Below are positions 63,229 to 64,000 of a DNA stretch of 64,000 nucleotides, in pieces. The notes under the pieces are model-generated. The model saw only the letters and a program-made list of their open reading frames with translations, ran no database searches and was not told the DNA's origin. A program made the translations under genes and the position numbers. Source of the DNA: an uncultured delta proteobacterium (GTDB lineage: Bacteria > Myxococcota_A > Polyangia > Polyangiales > B10-G4); the NCBI GenBank assembly GCA_963727445.1, contig CAVSGI010000014.1, positions 417,832 to 481,831 of the forward strand, written 5' to 3'. Within the stretch, counting starts at the first letter, position 1. Each line of letters opens with the position of its first letter.

Positions 63229-64000
63229 TCAGCGCATCTGCCGCGCGATCGAGATGGCCTGTAGTACGTTCTCGTCGGATTCGGTGGTGAGCGCATCACC
63301 GAGAGCGGTCCGTGCGTCCGAGCCGCCGATGCTGCCCAGAGCCCAGGCCGCAGCGCGGCGAACACCCGCATCCTCGTCCGCGGTGAGCAGCGCCGTGAGC
63401 GCCGGAACCGCGTCGCTGACGCTGCGCTGGCCGAGCTGAAGCGCCGCCTCCTGCCGAACGCTGGCATCGGCATCCGCGAGGGCACCGATGAGGGCGTCGA
63501 ACTGGGTGAAGGCGTTGATCATGTTGACCTGCTTCACCGCTGCGAGGCGAACCTCGGGGGCCGCGTCGGACATCGCCGTGGCGATGCCCATCTGCGACTG
63601 GATGTGGTTGGTACGGCCGAGCCCGCGAACGGCGGCCTCACGAACGCCGGCGTCGGCGTCGGAGAGGGCCTCCGTCAAGAGCGGCACGGCGTGGGGGGTG
63701 AGGAACTCACCGATGGCCTCTGCAGCGCGCGCCCGCCGGACGGCGTCCGTGTCTCCTGCCAGCGTGCGCCGGAAGAAGTCGAAGGACATGCTGGCAGAGA
63801 AGGTGCGCTGACGAAGCCACCAAGCGCCGAACTCTCGGGCACGGGGGTTGTCGTCGGCGAGGATGCGGTTCATCAGGGGAACGACGCAGGCGTTGCAGTC
63901 GACCATCTGCCCGTATTCGAGCGTGGCCATCAGCCGCTGCGTGGACCCCGAGGCGATGACCGCCATCATCGCATCTTGCGACGGGGCGCTCGTTGACTGG
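63229..64000 (-). CDS. HEAT/PBS-lyase repeat protein with CxxC (partial, start outside window)
   Basis: Repeats ALSDADAGVREAAVRGLG, ALADADASVRQEAALQLG, DEDAGVRRAAAWALG; EYGQMVDCNACV. Confidence 0.85.
   Translation of the reverse strand, partial: QSTSAPSQDAMMAVIASGSTQRLMATLEYGQMVDCNACVVPLMNRILADDNPRAREFGAWWLRQRTFSASMSFDFFRRTLAGDTDAVRRARAAEAIGEFLTPHAVPLLTEALSDADAGVREAAVRGLGRTNHIQSQMGIATAMSDAAPEVRLAAVKQVNMINAFTQFDALIGALADADASVRQEAALQLGQRSVSDAVPALTALLTADEDAGVRRAAAWALGSIGGSDARTALGDALTTESDENVLQAISIARQMR

Overview
GC-rich chromosomal segment whose gene content points to a myxobacterium (Myxococcota, probably Polyangiales/Sandaracinaceae-like; inferred from DUF4388 regulators, giant TPR proteins, Cys-rich lipoproteins and a myxosortase-like protease). 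The housekeeping backbone comprises tilS-ftsH-folP-cdaA, yajC-secD-secF-recJ, glnE, ilvE, dnaG-rpoD-tRNA-Ile2-zinc ribbon gene, nadC-birA, ygfZ/SDR/erpA, a sigma-32-family factor and an acyl-CoA ligase. Many conserved genes carry clustered single-base indels that look like assembly errors rather than pseudogenization. Accessory features of most interest: (i) a czcCBA-type efflux cluster preceded by a MITE/REP-like repeat element and a small His/Cys-rich ORF ending in ERPP, a candidate metal-sensing leader; (ii) at the right end, a HEAT-repeat protein, a ~1000-aa lipoprotein with four candidate haem-c motifs (three non-canonical) and a hydrazine-synthase-alpha-like propeller region, and a membrane protein; (iii) a MarR-BKACE-crotonase operon with a candidate operator; (iv) several signalling and surface proteins. 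No CRISPR array, transposase, integrase or rRNA was found. All family calls come from motif recognition by eye; no searches were run.
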